Positions 37,157 to 48,712 of a DNA stretch of 64,000 nt are shown one piece after another. Numbering within the stretch: position 1 is the stretch's first letter; each line of letters starts with the position of its first letter. A program made the translations under genes and the position numbers. The notes under the pieces are model-generated. The model was not told the DNA's origin and did not search any database. It worked only from the letters and a program-made list of their open reading frames with translations. Origin of the DNA: Elsinoe ampelina (taxonomy: Eukaryota); contig ML992506.1 in assembly GCA_010093995.1 (NCBI GenBank), positions 789,196 to 853,195 of the forward strand. The letters are read 5' to 3'.

Positions 37157-38019
37157 CTTTGGCGGGACTCTGAATTGATATAGGTGCGCTCATGTCATGG
37201 CTCTGGTTGTACGTGTGGAGTGCTGATCCTCTGAGAGCGAGAAGCCCTTGAAAGCGTGCTGAGGTCGACGGTGGTCATTGGCTGGCACTTTGTAAGGGAC
37301 GAAAAGTTGCCGTCTTCACAACCTCTGATCAGCTACTTATCCAATGGTTGCCTTTCTCCTTTGAGTGATGGCTCGAAAGAAATTTTCGGCATGGAATACG
37401 CGGATGGAAACCGTGGTTGGGTTTAAGAAGGATGGTCTTGTGGTGGCAAGAGGGTTTGGACAAGCGCCGCCATACTGAAGAGATTACTCCAACCAACAGA
37501 GGCATATACGACTGCCACACAATACGTAAAATGGCCCTACAGCGCTTCTGTCGTACACTCTGGAGTCGAAGATGGCCAGGATTATTTTTCTTGGTGTGCA
37601 GCAATAGTCTGGTCACTGGTGGCGTCTAGAGGCATCCCAGACCAAACCAAACGAAACACAATCTGGGAGACAATTCAACATTGATTGTCATTGACGAGTA
37701 CTAGAATACATGTTTTCTTCCTCAGATGGATAGAGGCCGTCCCGCCATAATGCATGGCACTTCAGGCCAGACCGGACTCCTATCTGAATTTCATCTTTGA
37801 TGAGCCATGATAGCAAAGGCTCGAAAAGTTGAGCAGCAACGCGACCCCCAAACTCGAGATCGCTGTCGTGATAACACATGCAGAAGCAAACCCCCAGTGT
37901 ACGCCATTATCATCTCGTCGTCTCTCCGTCCCGCGTTGTTTGTCAGACAGACATGGAAGAAATTCCGCCCGTGTCAAGTTGATACAGAGCAGATGCCTGT
38001 CCGACTCAACAACGCGGGC

Positions 38020-38677
38020 TCATTTCTTGTCGACAGTCGCCTCTTCTTCTTCGACAGACCCGGAGCCGGCGGAAGAGTGGGTGCTCTGCTCTTCGAGAGC
38101 CAAGTCGTCGGCCTCAGGTCCGTGGATGTCCTCTTCGAAGACTGGTTCGGGCTCGATGGTCTCGAACTTGGTGCGGTAGGTGTTGTGGCCCGGAGCCGCG
38201 CTGAAGCTGTTGCTGCGGCGGCGGGGTTTGGTCAAGTTGTAGTCGTAGTCCTCGAGCTCGTCTCCCTGCTTGCCCCTAGTCACGTGTCAGTGTCTCGAAG
38301 TCAAATGGTTGTGGATGATAGTCGGCCGATGTGAAGGTGGATAAAGACGATGCATCGCTTGTTTGCTTGATTCTCATCAGGAACTACTTACCAGTTGCCT
38401 TTGCCAGACCCCTGCTTTTTGGTAGACTTGGGGTCGACGTCGACGTAGCCGGATTTGCTGAAGTAGCGAGGAAGGTGTTCTTCGGGGCCGGCAGTGCCGT
38501 TGACGAGTCCAACGTGATCACGATCGTTTGCCTTGTGGGAACGAGTCACTGTGATTGTCTGTCAGTCTCATTGTGCATTAATGTCGGGCGTTGAGGTCCA
38601 AGGTGAGGCTGATCACCAACTCCGACTCCGGAGGTAGCGGATGAGGTCAGACCACCTCGAGTGGGGTAGTACCTACT
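38020..38677 (-). CDS. STF2-like / Hyaluronan-mRNA-binding-like small hydrophilin
   Basis: MTRSHKANDRDH...PRYFSKSG..DPKSTKKQGSGKGNWG..GDE..RRRSNS. Exons 38677 (A of ATG), 38548-38392, 38275-38020. Confidence 0.8.
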
Positions 38678-39817
38678 TATGCAATGGTCAAAGAGGTATG
38701 CAGAGTGTTTGTTGTTGAATGATATCGTCGATCTGAAGAGTTGCAAGAGGTTGTGGTTGATGTTGAGAAAAGAAGTGAGGTGAAGAGGAGTGAGCTGGTT
38801 CGAGGAGCTTCAAGGGAGCTATGGGCTTCGTGGTCACGGGGTCTGGCAGCCGAAGAGTTCCAGGGCTCTTTTTGAGGAAAGTTGCCTTCGTTCCACTCGA
38901 ATCAAACGGTGTCCTGGATCAGGCGGACGAATTGGATTGGTCACTGTGGGTGCCGGGTGGGCTTTGAACACCTTGTGTTTCTTTGTTCATGCAATTGGGC
39001 GATCCCAGCTTCAAGAACAGCCCACTTTTGATGATGATGTGCTGCAGCACTGCGAGTGATAACAAGCCTGGGCGATCGAAGCACGCGACAGGATGCGGGA
39101 CCTGAGAGGAATGGCAAGCAGTTGGGCAATCAAATGGAACCACAACCCCGCGCCGGTCTCACATTGCTCTCAGCCATGCTCAAGATTGACAAACCCCTGT
39201 CGTTTAACCTCAGCGGGCTCGTGGAGCTTCGTGAAGACCTCGACTCTTGTTTGTTTGACTCATCCTTCCTCTTTGGAAATCACAAGCAGGCAACGTGTCA
39301 ATTTCTCGTCATGCCCTACCATCAATTGCATCAACCATGATGCCTTTTATCGTGTCCACCAAGGACCCACAGGGGTGCGTAGAAAGTTCCATCGTTCGTC
39401 ACCTTCCCCGGATTTGGAGCTGCATTGCGGGGAATGAGACAGGGTGCTCGACGCTGATTGGTCGCCTGATCTCATGCGATATGTCACAGAGACAACCTCG
39501 TGCACTCAATCGGGCCATCTTCTCTGGACATCGAATGCAATTCTTCCAGGAAAGATGACCTACCACGACAACCATTCTATAGCATACGGATCGGATTGCA
39601 TTCATGTCTATAACTGTGAGACTGCAAGTCAGCTGCTCCAACACTCTCTGTATCCGATAACAGCCGCCGTTTCTGCGGGCGTTGCCAAAACAGGCACGTG
39701 CTCATTTCGCTTGCCCGAGCTCAAACGCCACGAACCCTTCCAGGGTAACAAAAACAGGCAGTGCATATGCAGGAAACACTTTTCGACAAGCCGTAGATTC
39801 GACATGTATAACGTGCT

Positions 39818-42334
39818 CTATCCTTTTACCTGTTGGTTTCTGAACGCCTTCAAGACCTCTGCCCTCATCACTGGTCGTGGTGCCCTCCTGCCCGTGAACA
39901 GCTCAAATTGAGCAAAGGCCTGTTCGGGAAGCATATCCAGGCCAGTCATGATGATCCATCCCCGGGATGCCTGACTCTTGATCTGTCGGACCAGAGCAGT
40001 CACCAAAGGTTGGTAAGTCAGATCGACTACGACGCCGCCCGAGGGACTGCCAAGCCATTCTTCTGGCAAAGTAAAGTTGGCTTCTAGTTCGCCATTGACC
40101 ATCTCCGAAGGTACGCTGGATGCAATCATAGTTGGTAGTCTGTAGCCTTCTGGCCATCTGGTTTTGAGTGACACTAGCACATGCACCTGTGGCCGCTCGT
40201 TACCATCGCTATGTCGGGTCCTAAGCCAGTCGTTATAATACTGGGCTAGCTCCTCGGCTCTCGCTATTGTCCGATTACAGATGAAGATGTTCTGTACACC
40301 CATGTGGATCATACTATACACAGCTGCTCTGGCCATACCGCCAGCACCAATGATGAGTCCTGAAGACGTTTTTCGGACTGCATTGACAGGTGACAAGCCG
40401 CGGCGAAGGCAAGCCTGCATGCCTATCCAATCCGAATTGTCGCCATGTAGTGCCAGGATGGGGCCGCTCTCATTGCGAGTGTTGACGACGTCGGCAGCGT
40501 TGATCTCATAGCCAGGCTGATATTCACGGCGGATGGGGAGAATGGTATTGACGGCTCGAATCACGCGAGCGTGAGGACTGAGCGACTTCAATCGGTCGAC
40601 CACTGCGATCTTGTATGGCTGCGTGACAGCTGTGCCGCCAAAAGATTGGTCCGCCATGAGCTGATCGAGCACTGACAAGGTTTGCGTCGATCGGGATGTG
40701 TACTCGTGTGGCATTCCTAGCGCCTTGTAGGCTGCGTTGTGCATTGCAGGCGATAGAGAGTAGTCTACCTTTGCCCCAATGATGCAGAAATGGAGGGGTG
40801 CTTTCATGAAGCTGGCAAACATGGCCTGTGTCGCATCACGAGCTGTCAACTCAGGTGCTGTATGTCGATCTCGGAGACCTTGCTGGTCTGCTCCGCGCAC
40901 TGGTAAAAGACCTTGGTTGGTGATCTGGGAGTATCTACCTTGAGGACAATCATTAAATGCGCTCAAGACAGGCAGGGCTGCGTTGGTGTCACGCTGACCT
41001 GCGATCTTGTAGCGAAACGCATTCAGAGGAGCCATGGTCGTGTAGTCCGGGGCGTGCGACGTCACCATAACCATGTCGCAGCCATGCCCAGAAGCATTGT
41101 GGTACGCCGGTTCAAGTTCCGGATCTGCCCATGACTGGGGCCTTTTCCCGACATCAATCTTGACGATGATTTTTGGCAACTTTGGCGCCCTGCCGGCGGA
41201 ATGCTGCAACGACGACAAGACGTCGGAGTGGATTATCAGTCCTTCAGGCGCTAAGCGACAGCAAAAGGTCCATGAGTGATCATCTTGGCGATTCGCTGTG
41301 TCAGCACTAGGATCGATGATGATTGGTAGGATGGTGAACCTTCTCACGATGGAGAAGGCTTGCGCGATATCTGTGTATTGCCGATTTCGCTCCTCCTTGG
41401 CAGGTGACAGTGGAGGCATTCGTAATATGAAAGCATCCGCTCCAGTTTGGAATATCTCCAGATCGATGTCGTCACGCAGAATCTCTTCGACTGATACACT
41501 CGCCGCATATGTATGTTTACGAGTCCGAAGAGGTAGATCCGATAGGGGATATGCTGATTGTTGAGAGGGCGCACGGGAATGATCTCCAAGGACAAGACGT
41601 AAGAATTTGAGAAAGTCTCGCTCCGTCCGCTTCAGTCTAAGGAATGGCAATGACTGCACATTATCCAACTCGAGGTTGTGCTCGTTCAGATGAGCGCTGA
41701 CCGATTGCGACGATCCAGTCTCTTGTCCACTTTCGGTCCAATTGAAGTACTCGTAGGTGGTACATTCACGAAGGAGATGAGCACTAGATGAAAGCATCTG
41801 TGCCAGTCTGTTCTTCTCCCAAGTCTGCATGTGGCCATGCACGCCGTCGACATCCCGATTGATGTAAATGACAGGATGACTCGACGCAAAGTTTAAGAGT
41901 GTTTGTGATCCATATTCCAGATCATTGAAGTCGCATACAACGACAGCTCCAGTGTCATTTTCTTTCAGGATTGTACTGAGGACTTCCTGTCGTTGCTTCC
42001 TTCCAGACTTGCCCTTTTCAGTCTGGCGATGAGCGGCAAGCGATTGACCTATCCGTTCCTCAAACTGACGTTCAAGCTCCAGTAGCCTTCGATTGTATGC
42101 ACTTGCAGCCAGGAATGCTAGACTTGACTTTCCAGCTCCCCGATTGCCGATCAAGACAATGGTGGCATCCGACCTGTAGGAGGCCGGGGCCAGGCCAGGC
42201 ACGGCAATAGTCTCCAAAGGCGCGCCATTAGCGTCCCGACTGCTGCTTGCGACATGAGGTGAATGGCTACTGTGACTTGCGTCACGTGCATCGTGCGCGT
42301 ACTCGTGAAATGATCGTTTCCTTGCGCCGGTCAT
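39818..42334 (-). CDS. qutR: Quinate pathway repressor (AROM-derived shikimate kinase/DHQase/shikimate dehydrogenase-like domains)
   Basis: IVLIGNRGAGKSSL, YSLSPAMHNAAY, GTAVTQPYK, HGDNSDWIG, IGAGGMARAA, EQAFAQFELFTGRRAP. Divergent from the activator. Confidence 0.93.
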   Translation of the reverse strand: MTGARKRSFHEYAHDARDASHSSHSPHVASSSRDANGAPLETIAVPGLAPASYRSDATIVLIGNRGAGKSSLAFLAASAYNRRLLELERQFEERIGQSLAAHRQTEKGKSGRKQRQEVLSTILKENDTGAVVVCDFNDLEYGSQTLLNFASSHPVIYINRDVDGVHGHMQTWEKNRLAQMLSSSAHLLRECTTYEYFNWTESGQETGSSQSVSAHLNEHNLELDNVQSLPFLRLKRTERDFLKFLRLVLGDHSRAPSQQSAYPLSDLPLRTRKHTYAASVSVEEILRDDIDLEIFQTGADAFILRMPPLSPAKEERNRQYTDIAQAFSIVRRFTILPIIIDPSADTANRQDDHSWTFCCRLAPEGLIIHSDVLSSLQHSAGRAPKLPKIIVKIDVGKRPQSWADPELEPAYHNASGHGCDMVMVTSHAPDYTTMAPLNAFRYKIAGQRDTNAALPVLSAFNDCPQGRYSQITNQGLLPVRGADQQGLRDRHTAPELTARDATQAMFASFMKAPLHFCIIGAKVDYSLSPAMHNAAYKALGMPHEYTSRSTQTLSVLDQLMADQSFGGTAVTQPYKIAVVDRLKSLSPHARVIRAVNTILPIRREYQPGYEINAADVVNTRNESGPILALHGDNSDWIGMQACLRRGLSPVNAVRKTSSGLIIGAGGMARAAVYSMIHMGVQNIFICNRTIARAEELAQYYNDWLRTRHSDGNERPQVHVLVSLKTRWPEGYRLPTMIASSVPSEMVNGELEANFTLPEEWLGSPSGGVVVDLTYQPLVTALVRQIKSQASRGWIIMTGLDMLPEQAFAQFELFTGRRAPRPVMRAEVLKAFRNQQVKG

Positions 42335-42773
42335 TGTGAGACGATGACCGCGGCGGGGCCATGAACGCGGATCCAAAGTCCAGATTGGAACCTAAGCGTG
42401 CATCACTCTCGTCATTCTTGCTGATTCGATTTGCCTGGAGCTTATCCTCGACAAGATATTGCGGTTGGAGGGCGAGGTAGAGAAGTGAAAGGATGGAGTG
42501 TGGAGCCGCACGTGGGAAGTGCGGCCGCCGGTTTGCCTCGGCCAAGACACGCCACCATCCGACCACATCGCAACACCTCGAATGTCTCTTCGGACCACAT
42601 CTTGATCATTGGACGATCGTCATCACGAACGCGATCACTGCTGCTCGGGACTTGGATCAAAATCGACAGGATCGATACAAGGGGCCACATCTGAACAAGA
42701 CTCACTATTGGCGGGTATCCGTGCTGCACAGCAACAGCATTTCCTCGACATCTGAATGGAGTCGTAGTGACCA

Positions 42774-44897
42774 ATGGATAATGGGGAGGATACGAACAGG
42801 GAACAAAATGTGTCACGGCGACGGCAAAGGAACGACGATGGCGATGAAGTGCCAAAAGCCAAAAGATCTCGCGTTTCGCGCGCCTGCGACCAATGCCGAC
42901 TGAGCAGGGACAAATGCGATGGGAAGTCTCCGTGTCAGACGTGTACGGCCAGCGGTCGTGACTGCAGCTATACCACCAATCCAAAGAAGCGAGGTATTCA
43001 GCCAGGCTATATCCGGACACTCGAATCCGCACTGGCATTGCTTTTCCAGCGAGATACAGGAGCCCAGAAGTTCTTGTCAGGCCAATTGAGCAAAGGCCCA
43101 CTACGTCAATACGTCAAAGATGGTAATCACTCGGAACAGCTACATACCATTTGGACCAACAGTAGTGTCTGCAAACAGATTGACGCAATTCTCTCCGGCT
43201 CGCCCTCTAATGACTTTGACACCTCAGAAGATCTGCAGGATGGCCCGATGAGCGAGCGCCATGCGTCGTTGCCTGAGATTGCCGCGACCGATCATTCCGA
43301 TCCTTACACAGCAGCTGGCCTGGCTACAACTTTCCATCAAACATCCCATGGCAACACATTGAACGGAGACGCTCAGGCCCCCATTGACTTGCCCACAAAC
43401 TTTTGGAACTTGGTGGACCACTACTACGCATTTACACACAATTGGCTACCCATTTCGGAGAAGAACGATGTCCTGAAAACGGCGTATCTGTACCCTTTGA
43501 GAGGTGCTGATCCGGCTATCACGCAGTCGGGAACCCATGCTGAATTATGGGCCATTGTTGCCTTGTCTTCTCGTCAAAGCGAGCCATCAAGCTCGGCGCA
43601 TCGACGCTACACCGAGCTTGCGCGAAGTTTCATACCGGACCATGACGGAAGATATGACAAAGGCCACGTTCGAGCTCAGATCCTCATGTCTCTACTCTGT
43701 GTCGGCGATGGCGAAGCCGCTGCGGCATGGATAAAGATAGGACTGGCTTCTCGCATTCTGACGCATTTGGGTTTGCACAGGAGTGCGTCTGGTAGGGACA
43801 CAAAGGACAGGCATCTAGTCCTAGGATGTTTGGCAGTCGATAATATGATCGGGTTGTATTTGGATCTGCCTGGTCATTTGAGCGCGATATATGACTTGCG
43901 AAGGGCAAGAGTGGACGAGGACGGCCTGGAGGAGTGGACACCCTGGCAGTCGCCTTCGCAGCCGGGTTCCAATGCTGGCAACGGCCTTCTCAATCGTGAG
44001 CCAGGCCGTTGCTTGAGCACATTCAATGCCCTGGTGGATGCTTTGAGACAACCAGAGATTGAGCCCGTCCGACATGTTGCGCTATCCAAAACTCCCCATC
44101 AGCTTCATCTCGAATTGGTAAAGGTATGGGCCTCTTACAGAACGGCTAGGGTAACACATCAAGAATGTTTGGACCGAATGTCAGATCTGGTATTGCAGAT
44201 GATTGGCTCCGGCGGCATAGCTGCAGCACCACCGACGGTTGCATTTATTCTGAGAAACATACAACGACATGGCCGGTTAGGTCCCTCGGCACAACAACTA
44301 CTCCAGAGATGGACAAGTCCGCCATTGAATCCCCCCGTACGTCAGACAACCGAGAACAGCATACAGCGATCGGTCGCTCTACCATCAGTCTTTGGCTCCT
44401 CAAGCGATGTGCACTTGCCTCCTTTGCCAAACTCCGACAACTGGGTCAATCCTCCGTCAACAATCAGTGCCGGGTTTCGACAGACTGTCTCATTCGGTCA
44501 AGAAACTGCTCCGTCGAATTTCGCTCAATCACAGCAGCCTGCGTATGATCAAATAAATGTATTTGACAGTCAGCGTAACAATCTCTATGATGGTCGACAA
44601 TCACTAAGTATGACTGAGGTTCCCAACAACACCTCGAACAATCAAGATACCCCAAGCGGAGTGTCGGACGGAGGGGCTATGAATTCGGAATTCGAAGCAA
44701 TATTTGAGGAGATGGCACAGCTCGACGCAAGCCGGCAAATGGACGACGGACAGTTCATGCAGAACCTTGGACTGGGGCCTGATTCGGATCTGAGAGCATT
44801 CTTCGGTGCTGACTACCAAGAAACTGATCCACTACTGGCATATCTACCATTCGACTCGGCAGGCCGAATTCAGCCTGGACCAACCTATCCGACCTGA
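42774..44897 (+). CDS. qutA: Quinate pathway Zn(II)2Cys6 transcriptional activator
   Basis: KRSRVSRACDQCRLSRDKCDGKSPCQTC..C..NPKKRGIQPGYIRTLE, YYAFTHNWLPI, DEDGLEEWTPW, acidic C-terminus ending FMQNLG. Confidence 0.93.
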   Translation: MDNGEDTNREQNVSRRRQRNDDGDEVPKAKRSRVSRACDQCRLSRDKCDGKSPCQTCTASGRDCSYTTNPKKRGIQPGYIRTLESALALLFQRDTGAQKFLSGQLSKGPLRQYVKDGNHSEQLHTIWTNSSVCKQIDAILSGSPSNDFDTSEDLQDGPMSERHASLPEIAATDHSDPYTAAGLATTFHQTSHGNTLNGDAQAPIDLPTNFWNLVDHYYAFTHNWLPISEKNDVLKTAYLYPLRGADPAITQSGTHAELWAIVALSSRQSEPSSSAHRRYTELARSFIPDHDGRYDKGHVRAQILMSLLCVGDGEAAAAWIKIGLASRILTHLGLHRSASGRDTKDRHLVLGCLAVDNMIGLYLDLPGHLSAIYDLRRARVDEDGLEEWTPWQSPSQPGSNAGNGLLNREPGRCLSTFNALVDALRQPEIEPVRHVALSKTPHQLHLELVKVWASYRTARVTHQECLDRMSDLVLQMIGSGGIAAAPPTVAFILRNIQRHGRLGPSAQQLLQRWTSPPLNPPVRQTTENSIQRSVALPSVFGSSSDVHLPPLPNSDNWVNPPSTISAGFRQTVSFGQETAPSNFAQSQQPAYDQINVFDSQRNNLYDGRQSLSMTEVPNNTSNNQDTPSGVSDGGAMNSEFEAIFEEMAQLDASRQMDDGQFMQNLGLGPDSDLRAFFGADYQETDPLLAYLPFDSAGRIQPGPTYPT

Positions 44898-44960
44898 GAA
44901 GATCCGGAAAGAACCAAATCTCGTTTCATGTTCAGAGTGGCAATGATTCCCAGACGGCAA

Positions 44961-45413
44961 TCATGCTTTGTTCTTCGCCAAATACCTCGCCGCAAAGTCA
45001 ATCGCAGCAGTGTAGCCAAACGTTCCCAGCCCACATATCACACCCACCGCCTTGTCACTCAGGTAGCTCTTATGCCTGAACTCCTCCCTGGCATGGACAT
45101 TACTGATGTGAATCTCCACGAATGGAATTGCCACGCCGCTGAGAGCGTCTCGAATCGCCACGCTTGTATGAGTGAAGGCACCAGGATTGATGACGATGAA
45201 CTTGACGCCCTCTGTCTTGGCGGCATGGATGCGATCAATGATCTGACCTTCGTGGTTTGATTGGAACGAGGAGACGGAAAAGTCGAGCTTCTCGCCTTGA
45301 AATTCGGCGGCTGTTTCAATGTCGGATAGGGTCTCACTGCCGTAGACGCCGGGTTCCCGGGTGCCCAGGAGGTTGAGATTGGGGCCGTTGATGAGGAGGA
45401 GGGGGATGGACAT
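44961..45413 (-). CDS. qutE: Catabolic 3-dehydroquinase (type II)
   Basis: [59 protein letters not shown]. Confidence 0.97.
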   Translation of the reverse strand: MSIPLLLINGPNLNLLGTREPGVYGSETLSDIETAAEFQGEKLDFSVSSFQSNHEGQIIDRIHAAKTEGVKFIVINPGAFTHTSVAIRDALSGVAIPFVEIHISNVHAREEFRHKSYLSDKAVGVICGLGTFGYTAAIDFAARYLAKNKA

Positions 45414-45717
45414 GTTGGAGGAAGCCGACTACAGTATTGGTGCTCGTACGCAGATGAATCAATGCTCTGGCTCAGACCGGAGTTCCTGTGACCTTGACCT
45501 CCAAAGCTTTACTTTGTATCCTTAGCGATGATACGTCGTGATGCAAACGCTTCTGTCCCAAAGTCCTCGAGCAAGTTCTTAGATGGCTGTCTATATGGAC
45601 ACTGTCGATGTTGGATGTGAATGGATCGCAGAGACATCTTCAACATGCCACAGAAACCATGACCATTCCCCCGCAAAGTGCTCACCATGTGGTTGGAAAA
45701 AAAGGCCCCCACACGCA

Positions 45718-45733
45718 GGCAAAGACCTCTTCC
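45718..45733. promoter_or_regulatory. Candidate QutA/QA-1F binding site in the qutE-qutG divergent promoter
   Basis: GGCAAAGACCTCTTCC, a 16-bp partial dyad resembling the known GGRTAARYRYTTAYCC and GCCAGANCGTTCTNCC consensus sequences. Confidence 0.5.
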
Positions 45734-45828
45734 CCTATCGGCAATTGTCGGCTCAACCACAGGCCACGCCCCCCGTTGGCCCTAGACAGGACACCACACA
45801 CAACAACGCCTCCGCAAAGAGCTATACC

Positions 45829-46957
45829 ATGTCAACGGAGCTCAGCGAAGACGAGATCACCGAGATCTATGACTTCGCCGTCCAGCTCGGCAAAGATGCA
45901 GGCCAAATGCTGCTGGACGGCATGCTCGCCCGCATGTCAGGAGGCGTTACCCACGCCAACATAGAAAAAGACAGCTCGGTGGACATAGTAACAAAGACTG
46001 ACGAAGGTAACGCCACTCGTCTTCCTCGAACACCATCCCCCAGCTCACCACTCCCAGACGTCGAATCCTTCATCCACACCTCCATCACCAAACGCTTCCC
46101 CACCCACGCGTAAGCCCCCTCCTCCCCTCGCCGACCCAACCTCTTCTAATTTTGCCCCCCCCCCCAGCTTCATCGGCGAAGAATCCTACTCCAAAGGCAC
46201 CTCGAAACACTACCTCCTCACCCCGTCCCCGACCTGGATCATCGACCCCCTCGACGGCACCGTCAACTACACCCACCTGTACCCCACCTTCTGCGTGTCC
46301 ATCGGCTTCTGCGTCTCCTCCCGCCCCTACATCGGCGTCATCAACGCGCCCTTCCTCTCCCAATTCTGGTCCTCCTGCCACGGGCGCGGGGCCTGGTTCA
46401 CCACCCCCTCCCTCGGACCCACGCCCGTGCGTCTGCCGCTCGTCCGCGACCCCATCCCCCCGCTCCCCGAGCAGGCGCCCAAGGGGTGTGTGTTTAGCTG
46501 CGAGTGGGGGAAGGATCGTCGCGATCGCGCCGGCGGGAATATGTACCGCAAAGTGGAGACGTTTCTCAATATGGCGGCGGAGATTGGCGGGCGGGGGGGT
46601 AAAGGGGGGATGGTGCATGGGGTGCGGAGTATAGGGAGTGCGACGCTGGATTTGGCGTACGTGACGCTGGGAGGGGTGGATGTGTGGGTTGAGGGAGGGT
46701 GTTGGGAGTGGGATGTTTGTGCGGCGTGGGCGGTGCTGGTGGAGGCTGGGGGGTTGGTGACGACGCCGAGTCCGCCGGAGGGAGGGGATGTGGAGACGGC
46801 GGAGATAGGGGAGGGGAGGTTGGGGAGTCGGTTGTATTTGGCGGTGAGGGCGGTGGGGGACAAGGAAGGGGTGAGTGGGAGGGTGCAGCAGGAGAGGTTG
46901 GTGAGGGAGGTGTGGAGGAGGGTGGTGCCATTGGATTATACGAGGCCGGGGTTATAG
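45829..46957 (+). CDS. qutG: Inositol-monophosphatase-family protein of the qut cluster
   Basis: DIVTKTD, FIGEES, TWIIDPLDGTVNYTH, RSIGSATLD, WEWDVCA. Introns about 46007-46058 and 46110-46167. Confidence 0.93.
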
Positions 46958-47023
46958 GGGGGAAGGCATGCATATAGATGGAGGTTCTAGCGTGGCATAC
47001 AATATCATACATTCATGCTGAGG

Positions 47024-48007
47024 TTAATGCTTTATCGACTTTTCCAACTCCTCGGCGATAGTCTTCTTTACCTTCTCCACTGGCAAATCCTCCAGCCCCT
47101 TGCCAGTCCAGTACCGATCCTGCTCAAACCCTTGATAAATCATCGCCTCGGTCCCAAGAATGACCTGCCACCCAGCATCCGTCGACAGCTGCGCCACACT
47201 CGTCCACGGCTTCGGATGATACGCCATCTCCAGAATCGCGCCCTTGTGCTCCCTCGCAAGGAAATGCTCCAATATCCCCCTCGCCATCTTCTCCTCGGCC
47301 GTATTCGGCACCAAATCCGGCACACAAGCCACAATCGCACCCACACTCTCCAGCCCCTCCGCCTCCTCCACCGTCTTCACATGCACCAGTCCCTCCCCGT
47401 ACCCTTGCTTCGTGCACCACTCCACCAAAACCTCCACTTCCTTGACATCCCTATTGACGAGGTAAATCTTCTCCGCCCCGAGATACCGCCACAACGCATA
47501 CACCGCCGCCCTCGCCGCTCCTCCACCCCCGACCACCATCCCCGGCCTCCCCTCGTACCGCGTCTCCCCGTCCTTGACGTTCTGGAGAAACGCCTCCCTG
47601 ACGCCAACAACATCCGTGTTCGTCCCGCAGAGCACCCTCTTCCCATCGCGCTCGCGGAGGAAAATGGTATTACACGCTCCGCACGCCTTGGCTTCCTCGG
47701 TGAGCTCGTCCAGCTGCGACATGATGGCGATTTTGTGGGGCATGGTGACCGCCGCCCCGTAGAAGGCCGGGTCTTGCAGGTATTGCTGGCAGTCTGGGAG
47801 GGAGGCGGATTCGAGGAGGAATTGTTGCCATTTGAGACCTAGGGAGTGGTAGATTGTGTTGTGGAAGAGGGGGGAGAGGGAGTGGCTGATTGGGTTGCCG
47901 AAGAGGAAGCCGTAGCGGTCGAGGTGGGTGCGGGAGGGGAGGAGGTCGGGAGGGGAGGTAGCGGAGGGGGTGGGAGTGGTCATGGTGGCTGTGATGGTGC
48001 TGGTCAT
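47024..48007 (-). CDS. qutB: Quinate/shikimate 5-dehydrogenase
   Basis: GFLFGNPISHSLSP, GAAVTMPHK, GACNT, GTNTDVVG, GGGGAARAA, LEMAYHP, GTEAMIYQG. Confidence 0.95.
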   Translation of the reverse strand: MTSTITATMTTPTPSATSPPDLLPSRTHLDRYGFLFGNPISHSLSPLFHNTIYHSLGLKWQQFLLESASLPDCQQYLQDPAFYGAAVTMPHKIAIMSQLDELTEEAKACGACNTIFLRERDGKRVLCGTNTDVVGVREAFLQNVKDGETRYEGRPGMVVGGGGAARAAVYALWRYLGAEKIYLVNRDVKEVEVLVEWCTKQGYGEGLVHVKTVEEAEGLESVGAIVACVPDLVPNTAEEKMARGILEHFLAREHKGAILEMAYHPKPWTSVAQLSTDAGWQVILGTEAMIYQGFEQDRYWTGKGLEDLPVEKVKKTIAEELEKSIKH

Positions 48008-48297
48008 GTTACTTGATGTTGGGAGGAATGGTATGGGAGAGTTGTACGTGAGGAGATGATGGGTTGGAATGGGGTACTCAGCACGGCGAATGGGAGGCAA
48101 GGTATTTTCTATCCAAAACCGTTAAAGGGAACGACTCCGCTTACACCCGGTGATGATGCTGGTGGTACACGGCACTGGGGGTTTGCATACACGGCCGCGT
48201 GCCTGTGTTGCGGGGGTGGGTGTTGCTCTGCCCGTGGGGATAATTTTTTGATGAGGGGCAGTTGGAGGGGCAGTTTCAGACGCCGATGGCATGGGAG

Positions 48298-48353
48298 AGG
48301 CAAACGTTCTTCCAGGTCACTGGAACGTTCGGGATGCGGAAGAGACTTTAACC
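48298..48353. promoter_or_regulatory. Two candidate QutA sites upstream of qutB
   Basis: AGGCAAACGTTCTTCC (48298-48313) and GGAAGAGACTTTAACC (48338-48353). Confidence 0.5.
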
Positions 48354-48712
48354 ACAAGACAATCTTGCGTTTGTGGTTATATCCGACGCGACTGAGCTTG
48401 TGGAAATGAGTTCACAAGTGTACTCGGTACCAAGAAGCTGAGCTTACCACGTGGAGACCTTAGTAATGCAGCCGAGATCATTTGCAGAGCTTTCGTTGTG
48501 ATCCATGGCGCCGCCCAGGACAGAGGCGACCATTCAGGTTTGGATCGCATGCCGAGATATTGCAATTTGCTCAAAGGTAGGCACATGAGTGCCAGGAATT
48601 CGTGGTCAGTATGGAGCTACGTGAGAACTTCTTCTTGGATAAAGTACAGCGATCAATATGTGACTTTGAGATTGCTCAACTTTCTATGTAACAATCTAGA
48701 TTATACATGCTC

